Shown here: one piece after another, positions 41,878 to 53,255 of the stretch
How positions within the stretch are numbered: the first letter of the stretch is position 1
Layout of the letters: the number at the start of each line of letters is the position of its first letter
Source: an uncultured Methanoregulaceae archaeon
GTDB taxonomy: Archaea > Halobacteriota > Methanomicrobia > Methanomicrobiales > Methanospirillaceae
NCBI GenBank assembly: GCA_963737635.1
Contig: CAVTTL010000001.1
Span: 960,001 to 1,024,000 of the forward strand
Direction: 5' to 3'
DNA: 64,000 nt
Notes under the pieces: generated by a model
Databases searched by the model: none
Told to the model about the DNA's origin: nothing
The model's input: the letters and a program-made list of their open reading frames with translations, nothing else
Made by a program: the position numbers and the translations under genes

Positions 41878-43022
41878 ACTGAAACCTCCATTACGCCACT
41901 TTGTAAACTGGGCTGAGTTACGTTTGCAGGATTGTAGTTATAACTGAACGGGGGGCTCATCGTATTATTAAGGTACCAATCTGGTTGGGAAAGTTGGAAG
42001 GCGAGCCTGACATACAGCTGGGTCGTCGTATCTTCCTGGTAAACGTTATTATTTCCCATCTGGTAAAAAAAACCCGGTGTGAACGTCAGAGACAGGTTAC
42101 TGGTGACATTAACAGGAAGCGCAGAGATAGGTGTAGAATTACCATCAACATATAAATAAAAGGGTGGGGTGGTGGAAAGATTGCCTCCGTTGACACTGCT
42201 GGTGAAATTATCAAGAACTGAGAAGGCCGGGTAGGGGTACGGTTGTGATTGTTGTGCTCTAAGTATAGTGATAGCAGATACGTTGACAGTGGGATAATGC
42301 GGTGGTGGTCCTTGATCATAATTGGTATCATAAAGGGTACTCAGATTGGTAAGATTAACCGTAATCTGATCGTCCCACGGATCAATCTGGTACAGGGGAT
42401 TGGTGCATGCAGGATTCGTGGCGTTAGCCAACAGGTCTGTGGAGTTTATCTGTATGGTGAAGAAATGGGTCGTGACGTTAGCTGTTGACTGGTATCTCTG
42501 TTGCACGTTTCCGCTGTCGATCGTGGCGTTACTCGGTACTTTCAATTCGACAACCCGCCGGACGTATCCATATCCGTCTGGCAGGACATCTCCGATTGAT
42601 TCTGTTGCTGGGTTGCCGGCAAACTGAAGAGAGATATTAAATAAGTACGGGTAATTGCCAAAAACGGCCCGTGAACGATAATCTCCGGGATACATGAATT
42701 CCGTGCTGCAGAAAAACCGGTTTAATTTTTGCTGAGAAAGGATATTGGGGGTGTCTTTTGAGAGAGCGAGCCCAAACCGGATGCCATTCGTCTGTATATA
42801 GTAATCAGGATAGATGCCCGGGTTCTCCCAGGATACCGGCGCACCGGGATCTTCCACCAGAATGACACCGGTGCGGTACGCGACTGCATTATAATCGATG
42901 GTGCTACTCTGAAGACCAAGCAAAAGACTTGGAATCAGGCTGGCAACGTAGATAAAAGCAACCATAAATATGGTGAAACCGGCTAAGAAATCAAGAGAAA
43001 GATTCGCGGTATCATCCATCAT
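41871..43022 (-). CDS. Large archaeal type IV pilin-like protein
   Basis: DDTA|NLSLDFLAGFTIF; LVEDPG; C-terminal EVSVW. Confidence 0.75.
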   Translation of the reverse strand: MMDDTANLSLDFLAGFTIFMVAFIYVASLIPSLLLGLQSSTIDYNAVAYRTGVILVEDPGAPVSWENPGIYPDYYIQTNGIRFGLALSKDTPNILSQQKLNRFFCSTEFMYPGDYRSRAVFGNYPYLFNISLQFAGNPATESIGDVLPDGYGYVRRVVELKVPSNATIDSGNVQQRYQSTANVTTHFFTIQINSTDLLANATNPACTNPLYQIDPWDDQITVNLTNLSTLYDTNYDQGPPPHYPTVNVSAITILRAQQSQPYPYPAFSVLDNFTSSVNGGNLSTTPPFYLYVDGNSTPISALPVNVTSNLSLTFTPGFFYQMGNNNVYQEDTTTQLYVRLAFQLSQPDWYLNNTMSPPFSYNYNPANVTQPSLQSGVMEVSVW

Positions 43023-43320
43023 GGAAAGAGATCAGAGCTCCGTTACTGCAGTGAAAATATGCATCATCCATGAACGTCCGTGCGTCGCTTTCCGGATAAT
43101 AAATTCACCTCAAGAAGGAGAATCGAATGCATAAAATTCCTTAAAAGCGTATTAACGGGGCAAGAGATATAAATTTGGTTTTTTCTGGAATGCCACAGTG
43201 TAGTTTTTCCGGGAATTACTGTAACAGCCGGAGGAATTTATTGTGCGCCGGCCTACCCAGGAAAATCTGTAAAAAGAATTCTCGCGTCAAAAAACCGTCG
43301 TAGTTTCCATTTTTCGGACT

Positions 43321-44194
43321 TTACGGTACAGATCTTTGTGATCGGAATCTCGAGAATATCTTCAGCCCCGCACGCTTTGAGCTTTGGGATCAGCCCGTTG
43401 ACCGCACTTTTCTGTACCACCGTCTGGACGCTGTAATAATCGAGACCGTGGAGCCGGCTTACGGTCGGCTTTTTCATGGCCGGGAGCGCCGAGACGATCT
43501 TCTCCAGCGCTGCTGTCGGCACATTCATCGTAAGGAGTACCTTATGCCGGGCTTCGAGCACCCCGAAAAGGAGGGTCGTAATCTCTTCTATCTCGCGCCT
43601 TTTTTCTGGATCTGCCCAAGCTGCATGGTTTGCGATAATCACCGTGTGTGATTCCATGATCTGCCCTATGATTTTAAGGCCGTTTTTCCGCAGGGTCGTC
43701 CCCGTTTCCGTGAGGTCGACAACCACGTCCATGAGATCGGGTACCTTTGCTTCCGAGGCCCCGTACGAGTGGAAGAGCTGGACAGGAATATTCTGATCGG
43801 CAAAATATTTTTTCGTGAGCTCCGGGTATTCCGTCGTCACCCGGCTGCCGGGCCGGATTTGCCCGGCTGCTTCTATGGGTTCGTCGCGATGGACAGCGAT
43901 CACGATCTTCACGTTACCTTCCCCGGTTTTGCTATAGGAAAGAGCCGCCACCTCAACGACATCAGCACCAGTCTCCCTGACCCAGTCAAGCCCGGAGATA
44001 CCGAGATCGAAATAGCCCTTGTCCACAAACGTTGGGATTTCCTGTGGTCGGAGGATTTTTACCTTGCCAATCCGGGTGTCATCAATCCGGGGATTATAGT
44101 CGCGGTCCGTACGCCTGACCTCAAGATCCGCTTCCTTGAAAAGCTGGAGCGTCTGCGCTTCGAGGCTGCCCTTCGGGAGTGCAAGGGTGATCAT
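43321..44194 (-). CDS. hisG: ATP phosphoribosyltransferase, long form (1-base insertion just before the natural IVP-stop)
   Basis: LALPKGSL, RPQEIP, DLGISG, TEYP, DLTETGTTL, C-terminal GAEDIL. Confidence 0.95.
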
Positions 44195-44250
44195 ACCATA
44201 TCACCAGCGACGGCAAAACCGATAAAGGTACAGGGTAATTGCTTGGAGGA

Positions 44251-45516
44251 TTACCCAAACGGGTGGATGACAAGTCCGCTTAGGAGTTTGGGTTCAAACC
44301 ATGTGGATTTGGGGGGCATGACGCCCCCGGCATCGGCAATCGAGAGAACCGTTTCTACCTGCACCGGCTGCATGGCAAACGCGAGCCGGTAGGTACCGGC
44401 ATCTACGAGCCGTTCGATATCGGCAACCGGCCTCGCACCGCCAAGATACTGGAGCCGGGCATCGCCCCGGGGATCGGTAATGCCAAGCATCCCTTCGAGC
44501 ACGAGCTTCTGGAGCAACGCGACATCGAGAACATCGAGCGGGTCTGCACCCGGATTGATCGGGCGCGTGCATTCGTACCATTTTTCTTCGAGGTAAAGGT
44601 GCATGACATGGTATTTTTCCGGGTGTGCTATGTGCGGCCTGATATTGTACCCGCACCCATCAACCGCCCCATACGGAGTCACCGTGTACCATTTCCTGAG
44701 TTCGTTAAGGAAAGTCTCTTGGTCAAATGTACCGATATCGGTCAAAAGCCGGCTGTAACCATGGATCCTTACTCTGTTGTGGGAAAAGAGCACACCCATG
44801 AACCGGCCAATCTCACCATCAGCAGGAAGACCGGACGCACGCATCCTGTCGGCCAGGTTGACTGCGGCTTTGGCCCGGTGGTGGCCGTCGGCAATATAGA
44901 GGCTGGCCACGTCCCGGAAACGGTGTTCAACCGCGTCGAGTGCTACCGTGTCGGTGATAGCAAAGATCTGGTGGATGCAGCCTTCCGGGGTATGAACCTC
45001 CGCATCCGGGGTTTTGTTTCCCGCTATCAGCGATTCGATGAATGAAAAGAGTGTACCGGGATCCCGGTAGAGGAGCACGACCGGGCCGTCGTGGGCCTTG
45101 ACCGCGTCGATATGCCGGGTCCGGTCCTCCTCTTTGTCGTACCGGGTCAGCTCGTGGCGCCGGATCCTGCTCCTGCGATAATCTTCGGTGTCAAGGCAGC
45201 AGCATACGCCGACAAACGTTTCTCCGTTCTGCTGGATCCTGTATACATACATCGCGGGGCTTCTGTCCTTTTTCAACCGGCCATTTGCAAGAAACGCATG
45301 GAAATTGTCACGTGCCCGCTCATAGACCTTGGTATTATCCGGCGGAACGTCAGGGAGTTCCGCATCGGACCGGCTTACGGTCAGGAAACTCTCCGGGTTT
45401 GCTTTGATGATCGAACGCGCCTCGTCACCGGTCACAACATCGTACGGGACGGCTGCAATGGACTGGGCCTCACCCGGTGCGGGGCGCACCGCGGCAAAAC
45501 GATAGACGGTTACCAT
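44251..45516 (-). CDS. DUF1015 family protein
   Basis: PYDVV, RHELT, LYIADGHHR, MPPKSTWFEPKLLSGL. Confidence 0.92.
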   Translation of the reverse strand: MVTVYRFAAVRPAPGEAQSIAAVPYDVVTGDEARSIIKANPESFLTVSRSDAELPDVPPDNTKVYERARDNFHAFLANGRLKKDRSPAMYVYRIQQNGETFVGVCCCLDTEDYRRSRIRRHELTRYDKEEDRTRHIDAVKAHDGPVVLLYRDPGTLFSFIESLIAGNKTPDAEVHTPEGCIHQIFAITDTVALDAVEHRFRDVASLYIADGHHRAKAAVNLADRMRASGLPADGEIGRFMGVLFSHNRVRIHGYSRLLTDIGTFDQETFLNELRKWYTVTPYGAVDGCGYNIRPHIAHPEKYHVMHLYLEEKWYECTRPINPGADPLDVLDVALLQKLVLEGMLGITDPRGDARLQYLGGARPVADIERLVDAGTYRLAFAMQPVQVETVLSIADAGGVMPPKSTWFEPKLLSGLVIHPFG

Positions 45517-45690
45517 GATACCAACCAGAGCCCCAAAAAAGGGCGACCTTTCTCATACATTTGGGCGAGGTCACATATATAATCAAAGACATCCTGTCCG
45601 GTAACACGAACCGGATACATCTTTAGCTGGGACGCAATGCTTATCGCACCGTGAGGTAACTGATGATACTACGAAAAAAGGACCTAGTTC

Positions 45691-46179
45691 ATGATCCGTT
45701 CTCCCCCTCTTGCGGTCCCTCCGGCGGTCCCGTTTATCCGACGTGCCGTACCTGCCGACGTGCCGGCAATTGTTGTCATCGAGCAGGAGGCTTTTGCTGA
45801 TCCGTGGGATGCAGGGATCTTCACTGAGGCCCTTTCCTATTACCCGACCACCTATTTTGTCGCGGTTTGCGAAGGAAAGATTGCCGGGTTTATCGTCGGG
45901 GCGCTTGAAGATACTGGGGAAAATATCTACGGTCATATCTGCAACTTTGCCGTAACTGCACCCTTCCAGCGCAAAGGGATAGGCCGGCAGCTCGTGCTCC
46001 GTCTCGAACACCAGTTTGCCGTGGAGAGCGCAAGCGGCTCCCAGCTTGAGGTCAGGGAATCAAATGTACCTGCTCAGAGGTTCTACCGGCGCCTCGGTTA
46101 TGAGAATGTCTTCCAAGTCGGCGGCTATTACGCAAACGGCGAGGACGCGCTCGTAATGATGAAGTGGTTCCGGTTCTGA
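45691..46179 (+). CDS. rimI: RimI-like GNAT N-acetyltransferase
   Basis: IEQEAFADPW, QRKGIG, LEVRESN, FYRRLG, YYANGEDA. Confidence 0.9.
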   Translation: MIRSPPLAVPPAVPFIRRAVPADVPAIVVIEQEAFADPWDAGIFTEALSYYPTTYFVAVCEGKIAGFIVGALEDTGENIYGHICNFAVTAPFQRKGIGRQLVLRLEHQFAVESASGSQLEVRESNVPAQRFYRRLGYENVFQVGGYYANGEDALVMMKWFRF

Positions 46180-46225
46180 ACAGCCAGCTTTATTCCCTAG
46201 TGATTTTCAAAAAAACTGGTATATC

Positions 46226-47513
46226 TTACCTTTTCTCTCCTCGTCCCAGTTCCTGGTGGGCGCGGGCGAGGTGCTGGGCGGCAAGCGCGCCGATGAGCGA
46301 AAGTTCACCGGCAAGAACGCCGGCCCCGATAATTTCCGCGAGTTTCTTTGCGTTCGCTCCCGGGGGAGTCCCGCCACCGGCAACGCCGAGGATTTTCAGG
46401 CACTCATTCTGGGTATCAACGCCAGTCCCGCCGCCAACCGTGCCCACCGGGAGCGAAGGGAGCGTGACTGCGACGTAAACTCCCGACTCGGTAGCATCAA
46501 TCGTGGTCATGCAGGTGCTGCCATCGATCGCGTGAGCGGCATCCTGACCGCAGGCGATAAACATCGCAGCGACGATGTTCGCTGCATGGGCGTTGAACCC
46601 CATCGCGCCCGCCCGTGCCGAGCCGACGAAGTTCTTCCGGTAGTTCACTTCGATCATTGTCTGTGCATCGGTCTTGAGGACCATCCCAATCAGCTCGTGG
46701 GAGAGAGCGACACCAGCCACGACGCTGCGCCCCCTGCCCATGATACCGTTGATGGCTGCCGGTTTCTTGTCGGTACACATATTCCCCGAGAGTGCGATCA
46801 GACGGGCGCCGGTGGTTACCGCAATTTCATCAGCGATTTTCGCACTGGCGATGGTAACCATATTCATACCCATTGCATCTTTGGTGTCGAATTCGAGTCG
46901 GATAAAGACGCTCGTGCCCGCGATAAAGGGGACAAGGCCAGTCATCTTTCCATGTGAGGTAGTGGTCTGTGCTATCGCGGCAAGATCGTTCGTGTGGGCC
47001 TCTGCCCAATCGGCAATCTCTTTTGCATGACCGACGCTCTTTGCGGCAAAGACGGGGGCCCGGGTCATACCCTCGTGGAGGATACGCACTTCTGCTCCTC
47101 CGGCTTTTGTGATCGCGCCCGCCCCCCGGTTCGACTGAGGCCACCAATGCCCCTTCGGTGGTCGCGAGGGGCAGCCAGAACGACCCCTTCGCATACTCGC
47201 CGTTGATGGCAAGCGGCCCGGCAACTCCGACCGGTACCTGGACCGTACCGATCATATTTTCGCAGTTCCTGGTTGCCGCCCGGTCAACGTCTATCGAAAA
47301 GATCCCGATGTTTTCGAGCTTCGAGCTGGTTTCCTGTTCGATGAACTCCCGGCGCACCCTGACGGCATCGACCGGAGGGAGCTGTTTTTCAAGTTCGTAG
47401 AGCTTGATGGATCCATCCCTGAGTTTTGCCCTGATCTCTCCTTCGTTTCCGCGATCCGGTCCGTCCTTTGCACGACTCTTTTCCGGATCGCGGTGCCCGT
47501 CATCACCAGCCAT
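46226..47513 (-). CDS. hmgA: HMG-CoA reductase (NADPH), class I (frameshift near 47133)
   Basis: CENMIG, PLATTEGAL, DAMGMNM, GNMCTDKK, GQD, GTVGGGT, GELSL, H near the C-terminus. Confidence 0.95.
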
Positions 47514-47561
47514 GAATACCTGTTGTACGTATACTATTATCAGTGCAGTGGTTTTGCGTTC

Positions 47562-48479
47562 ATGACGACTGAACAGTGGGGTATGCGGGTACCGGCAAAA
47601 AAAGGCGAAGAGATCCGCCAGGCACTCCTCCGCGAGGGTGAGCTCGATCTTACGCTCAAGGTACTGCATGATGGGGACTCTCTTATCTTCCCGGTAACTG
47701 TGGAACGCGAGGAAAGCGTACGGTATATTTTTGAGGAACAGCCCAATCGCATCGAACTTCCCCGTCACGAATTGGTTGGTGGGATTGCAATCATGCAGGA
47801 GAACGATCCCGCCGGGGCTGACGTGATCCTTGCATCCCGTCCCTCTTTACACACCGTACTTTTCCCGACGAGCGAAGTCTCCGGTGAGTACCGGACTCGC
47901 GAGTATGCGGTGCTTGCCGGGACACCTACAACACGTACAGACGTCGTCGAACACGGCTACCGGTTTGCAGTCGATCTTGCCGGCGCGTATTTTTCCGCCC
48001 GGCTCTCAACTGAGCGCCGGCGTATTGCGGGAAAAATGACTAATGGCGAACTGGTGCTCGATATGTTTGCGGGGGTGGGACCGTTTGCAGTCACGCTTTC
48101 GCCTCAGGCAGCACTTGTTGTGGCAGCAGACCTCAACCCCCATGCGGTCCTCCTGATGATCGAAAATTGCCGGAAGAACCGGGCAGCCAATGTCCTCCCC
48201 CTCCTTGCGGATGCCCGAAGGCTTGAGAGATTCCTGCCGTGGAAATTTGACCGGATCGTCATGAACCTCCCGCTTGCCGGGACTGCGTTTTTACCGGCAG
48301 CGTTCCGGCTTGCCCGGCCCGGCGGTATAATTCATTTCTATTCGCTGGTCTCACGCGAAGGCGAGCACCTTGACCGGATCTGCGAGCTGGGTGGCACGGG
48401 GATTACCGAACGCGTCGTGCGGTCATATTCGCCCGGCCAGTGGCACGCGGTGTACGACATCGTGGCAGGGAAAATCTGA
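47562..48479 (+). CDS. Trm5/Met-10+-family tRNA methyltransferase
   Basis: YFSARLSTERRRI, VLDMFAGVGPF, DRIVMNLP, VRSYSP. Confidence 0.88.
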   Translation: MTTEQWGMRVPAKKGEEIRQALLREGELDLTLKVLHDGDSLIFPVTVEREESVRYIFEEQPNRIELPRHELVGGIAIMQENDPAGADVILASRPSLHTVLFPTSEVSGEYRTREYAVLAGTPTTRTDVVEHGYRFAVDLAGAYFSARLSTERRRIAGKMTNGELVLDMFAGVGPFAVTLSPQAALVVAADLNPHAVLLMIENCRKNRAANVLPLLADARRLERFLPWKFDRIVMNLPLAGTAFLPAAFRLARPGGIIHFYSLVSREGEHLDRICELGGTGITERVVRSYSPGQWHAVYDIVAGKI

Positions 48480-48518
48480 CGATTTCATGCCGGAACGGAC
48501 GTAATTCCCGTTCCGTTT

Positions 48519-48977
48519 TTATTTCTGTTCCCTCGAGACCGGCCCGGCTCCAGCAGCATCCTCCTGACGGCTGAGTCCACCTTTCTTGAGGAAGTAATAC
48601 CCGGAACAGAGTGCGAAGATGATGGCGGCTATCCCAAACATTTTCGCCGGATTTGTGCTCCCGGTATCAAGGAGGATGACACTACGGACGATCGCGATGA
48701 TAGCGATCATGATCACTACTTCGACGTGGATCACCTTCTCGTTGACGTACGCCGATACGGTCGCCAGCAGCTCGACACCGATCAGGACAAGGAGGAAATA
48801 CCCGAACAGGCCGAGGAGTTCGTTATTTTCCAGGAGAAGCGGGGAGTTGACGAAGAGCGAAACATAGAGGATATAAATCAGTTCCCCGATAGAGAAAGCG
48901 ACGATGATCGCGAAAAGGGTAATAAGAATGAGATAAACCGCAGTCTCATATTTTTTTAAGATAGTGCTGGCGTCCAT
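48519..48977 (-). CDS. Phosphate-starvation-inducible PsiE-family membrane protein
   Basis: FLLVLIGVELL, IHVEVV...IIAIVRSVI. Confidence 0.85.
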   Translation of the reverse strand: MDASTILKKYETAVYLILITLFAIIVAFSIGELIYILYVSLFVNSPLLLENNELLGLFGYFLLVLIGVELLATVSAYVNEKVIHVEVVIMIAIIAIVRSVILLDTGSTNPAKMFGIAAIIFALCSGYYFLKKGGLSRQEDAAGAGPVSREQK

Positions 48978-49113
48978 AGTAGCATGTAATAAAACAACGG
49001 ATAAATAATCTATGGCGGCAAATTCTGGCTATTCCTGTTTTGTTGATCTTCTCCAAGCGCAGAGATGTTTTACCGATGACTAAGCACCAGTGATCCTGAT
49101 CACCCCAACCTTT

Positions 49114-49136
49114 ATTATTAGGTAAACCCTAACTAA
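49114..49136. promoter_or_regulatory. Candidate MarR operator 1
   Basis: ATTATTAGG-TAAAC-CCTAACTAA imperfect palindrome just upstream of marR; related copy at 49587. Confidence 0.6.
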
Positions 49137-49149
49137 CAAGGATCGATCT

Positions 49150-49569
49150 ATGGTGGACCGGCGGGAGCAGTTGTTCTCTGAGTTTGAAAAACTTATCAGG
49201 ATCAGAAATGAGTGCTCCTGCAGGATCTTCTCCGAGTGCGGCCTGCCGGATATGACCGTCAGGCAGGTCGCTTATCTCAGAACCATCGATGGACAGGGAG
49301 ATGTGACCTTTTCGCGGCTTGCGGAGATCACTCAAAACTCAAAACCGACGATCACCGAGATGATCAACCGGTTTGTCCGGATGGAGTGCGTGTACCGAGA
49401 ATCCTGTCCCGAAGACAAAAGGATCCTGTACATCCACCTGACCGACAAAGGAAAAAAGATTGCACAGGCAGAACAAGCTGCACTGCGCCAGGTGATTGAA
49501 CAAATGACGGATTCGCTTGATGAAAACGAATTGGATCTCCTGATCGAGATCCTGCAGAAGGTCGGTTAA
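49150..49569 (+). CDS. MarR-family transcriptional regulator
   Basis: TFSRLAE...SKPTITEMINR...EDKR...IHLTDKG. Confidence 0.92.
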   Translation: MVDRREQLFSEFEKLIRIRNECSCRIFSECGLPDMTVRQVAYLRTIDGQGDVTFSRLAEITQNSKPTITEMINRFVRMECVYRESCPEDKRILYIHLTDKGKKIAQAEQAALRQVIEQMTDSLDENELDLLIEILQKVG

Positions 49570-49586
49570 TTTTTTTGTCCCGGGCT

Positions 49587-49609
49587 TTAGTTAGGTAAAA
49601 GCAAACTAA
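49587..49609. promoter_or_regulatory. Candidate MarR operator 2
   Basis: TTAGTTAGG-TAAAA-GCAAACTAA just upstream of lon. Confidence 0.55.
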
Positions 49610-49624
49610 ATAAATGGAGTAACC

Positions 49625-52006
49625 ATGCAATCGGAAAAAAAGGAAAAATCACCGGAAAAACTCGTCATACCCCTCTTTGAGATTGTCGCCTATCCCGGAA
49701 GCCGGACAAAGTTTCCGGTCGATAAGGCAACCGGCGAACTGCTGCTTGCATCCATGACAGATGCAGGCGGCTGGTACGCGATCGGCCTCACGGTAAAAAG
49801 CGGAACACGGCCTTCGGATCTGACTACAGAGTCGCTGTATAAAACCGGAAATCTGTTCCGGATCATGCATACGCAGCCGGCGGACGATGGATACCTGGTC
49901 TGCGCGGAAGTCGAAAAAAGGGTCAAAGTCGTTTCCCTTATTCCAAGGGAGGGACACTTCTTTGCAGCCCTCGAGCAGGTTCCTGATCTGCAGGATCTCG
50001 AAGCCGACTTAGAAGCCCGGATTCTCACCGACGTAAAAAACACCCTCCACGAGATCAGCCGTCGCTTTTCCGGCTCCGAACAGTTCACCCGGCCGATCGA
50101 CCGGATGGACTCCATCGACCGGATCATGGGCTTTGTGATGCCCTTCCTACCTGCTAATCTTTCCGAGAAGCAGGAGCTGCTTGAGATCGCTTCTGTCAGG
50201 CAACGGTATATCACGTTCCTTGAGCTCCTCATAAAAACCAGGGAGAACATCAAGATCCGGATCGAGATGGCAGAAAAAATCTCGGACCGTGTGAGCAAGT
50301 CGAACCGGGAAGCGATGCTCCGGGAGCAGCTCAAGATGATCCAGGAAGAGCTTGGCGAGAGCGCCGGGGTACCGGCGATGCCGGGTATCGTGAGAAAGTC
50401 GAATCTTCGAAGATGCCGGATGATATACGTAAGAAGGCTCTTGCAGAGGTAAGGAAACTTGAGACCGGCGGAAGCCAGAACCACGAAAGCTCGGTGATCC
50501 GGAATTATCTCGATCTCCTGCTCGACCTGCCATGGGTCACTGAGGAGAAAAAGAGCATCGATATCGGGCAGGCCCGCCGCGTCCTCGAAAGCCATCATAA
50601 CGGCCTTGAGAAAGTCAAGGAGCGGATCGTCCAGCATCTCGCAGTCATGAAACTCCGTCAGGAAAAACAAGGCTCGATCCTCCTCTTTGTCGGCCCGCCC
50701 GGCACCGGGAAAACGAGCCTTGGGAAAAGCATCGCCGAAGCTCTCGGGCGCAAGTACGTCCGAGTCAGCCTTGGCGGCGTCCGGGACGAGGCAGAGATCC
50801 GGGGCACCGGAGGACGTATGTCGGGGCACTGCCCGGAAGGATTATCCAGGGCATCCAGAAGGCCGGCACCAGAACCCGGTCTTCATTCTCGATGAGATCG
50901 ACAAACTGGCCTCTTCGTATGCGGGCGATCCGGCAAGCGCCCTTCTCGAAGTCCTCGACCCGGAGCAGAACAATACCTTCTCCGACCACTACCTTGAAGT
51001 CCCTTATGATCTCTCCGAGGTGCTCTTTATTGCAACGGCCAATTCCCTTGCGACGATCCCGGCTCCTTTGCTCGATCGTATGGAGATGATCGAGATCTCG
51101 GGCTACACGAAGAACGAGAAGTTTGCCATTGCAAAAGACCACCTCATTCCCGAGGTATTACAGGAGCACGGTCTCGATGCGGACAAACTTCGTATCGAAG
51201 ATGAGGCCCTGAAGCTGATCATCGAGAAGTACACCCGGGAGGCCGGTGTCCGGTGGCTCAAGAAACAGCTGGCGAAGATCTCACGGCATGTCTCGGAGAA
51301 AATTGTCTCCGGCACTGCTGAGCTGCCGTTTACCGTCACCCCGGACAATTTATCGGCCATTCTCGGAAAGGAGCAGATCCGGCAGGAAGTGGCCCGGAAA
51401 GAGCCTGTCCCTGGTGTCGTCACCGGCCTTGCGTGGACGCCGGTTGGCGGGGAGATCCTCTTTATCGAGGGAACGTTCATGCCCGGGACCGGTAAGCTCA
51501 CCCTCACCGGCCAGCTGGGGGACGTGATGAAGGAATCGGCAACGATTTCATCAAGCCTCATCCGGTCCCGGCTTGCCGGCACGCAGAATGGGTTTAACTT
51601 TATCACAAGTGACATCCACATCCACGTGCCCTCGGGAGCAACCCCCAAAGACGGTCCATCGGCGGGCGTGACAATCTTCTCTGCACTTGCATCGCTGATC
51701 ACCGGGAAGACTGTTGACCCGAACCTTGCGATGACCGGTGAGATTACCCTGAGTGGTTCAGTACTTCCGGTTGGCGGGATCAAGGAGAAGATCCTTGCCG
51801 CACACCGGGCGGGGATCAAAAAAGTGATCTTGCCAAAGGAGAACGAACGCGACCTTCAGGATGTGCCTGAGGATGTCCGTGGCGAATTGACGTTTGTCCC
51901 GGTTGGTACCATTGAGGAAGTTCTCAAAGAAGCGCTCAGTATCGAACTTCCCCGGGCCGTGACGGTGCATTCAGGGAACAGTTTTGTTCCTGCACAAAAC
52001 GCGTGA
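49625..52006 (+). CDS. lon: Bacterial-type Lon protease (LonA); about three apparent frameshifts between 50370 and 50875
   Basis: Lon N-domain, [36 protein letters not shown] (catalytic Ser), VGGIKEK. Confidence 0.94.
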
Positions 52007-52328
52007 ACGCCGGTAGTGATTCGGCAACGATTGCACTGCCGGGGAGCTCCTGAACTGTGTACAGGATACCCAGAACGCAACTTTTTTTCTCTTCTTCACG
52101 ATTTCCATCGTAAAGAATGGTCTACGATAAACATCCCGAATGTCCTATCCACCTGCCGGGGATCCTTTCGGTATCCACGAGGACATCAGGGACCTGTGGC
52201 CGCGGTTCGACATGTGTCCTGAACCCGAACGGCTGGCAATCGATATGCTAAACCGCATACCATGTAAGCTTTGACGCCAGTCCGGAGGACCGGGAACGCT
52301 CATAAGGTCCGGTGTCCTATGTCGTGTC

Positions 52329-53132
52329 ATGGCCCGGATCCCGGCAACACTGCTTCCTGTAGGCGACGTGAAGCTTGGGTATCACGAGTTTGGAGCGGGG
52401 TACCCGGTGATTTTAATCAATGGGCTTGCCTCACCGATGGACACGTGGAACCCGCCGGTCCTTGAAACCATCTCCCGGCACTTCCGCGTCATTACCTTTG
52501 ACAACCGGGGGACAGGGTATTCCGGGGTTTCGGACAAACCGTTCTCGGTTTCTCTCTTTGCCCGGGATACGGCCGCCTTGATGGACGCCCTTTGCATTTC
52601 CCGCGCTCATGTCCTTGGGTTTTCGATGGGGGCGTGCATTGCGCAGGAGATTGCGCTGCAATTCCCGGAGAAGATCGACCGGCTGGTCCTCGTCTCCGGG
52701 GACTGCGGAGGGTCCGAAGCCGTGAGGATGGGATCCGGGATTCTTGCCCGTCTCACGGACAAGAGCGGGACGATGCAGGAGGTGGCAGGGCGCATGTTTC
52801 CTCTGCTCTTCCCGGCTGATTGGCTTGCCACCCACGATCCCTTCCAATACTGCCCGGACGTGTACGAAACCACCGATGAAAAGAATTGTGCTCGCCAGGC
52901 TGCCGCCTTTTCTTCGTGGCCCGGATCCTTTTCCCGGCTCGGAAATATCCAGTCTCCCACGCTTATTCTTACTGGAGACGAAGATGTAGTGGTCCCGCCA
53001 CAAAACGCAGTAATACTCAGCAGCCAGATTCCCGGAGCGAAGCTCGTCACGTTCTATGGCGGAGGACACGGGGTGATGTACCAGTTCCCGGACCGGTTCA
53101 GCAGAACCGTGCTCGCGTTTCTGGAAAGGTGA
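52329..53132 (+). CDS. Alpha/beta hydrolase
   Basis: FDNRGTG, GFSMG nucleophile elbow, GDED, GGGH. Confidence 0.92.
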   Translation: MARIPATLLPVGDVKLGYHEFGAGYPVILINGLASPMDTWNPPVLETISRHFRVITFDNRGTGYSGVSDKPFSVSLFARDTAALMDALCISRAHVLGFSMGACIAQEIALQFPEKIDRLVLVSGDCGGSEAVRMGSGILARLTDKSGTMQEVAGRMFPLLFPADWLATHDPFQYCPDVYETTDEKNCARQAAAFSSWPGSFSRLGNIQSPTLILTGDEDVVVPPQNAVILSSQIPGAKLVTFYGGGHGVMYQFPDRFSRTVLAFLER

Positions 53133-53255
53133 GGGATGGGGCAGTCGCGGAATTTTTCAAGGGGTCGCTTGGTGCCGGATATTGTTGGAGGGCTGCAGGG
53201 AAGTGGACAATCTCGTTTTATGTGAATAAAAAGATTACATATTAGTGCTCCAAAT

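Noticed and set aside
35792-43250. tRNA-Leu-anchored integrative island carrying the adhesin and pilin genes
   Set aside because: No integrase is present and I could not find a duplicated tRNA 3' end; the lower GC may simply reflect Asn/Thr-rich surface proteins.
49690-51819. Long antisense ORFs over lon (and similar ones over polC, thiolase, HMGS, nifH)
   Set aside because: Shadow ORFs of GC-rich coding sequence, with no motifs or SD support.
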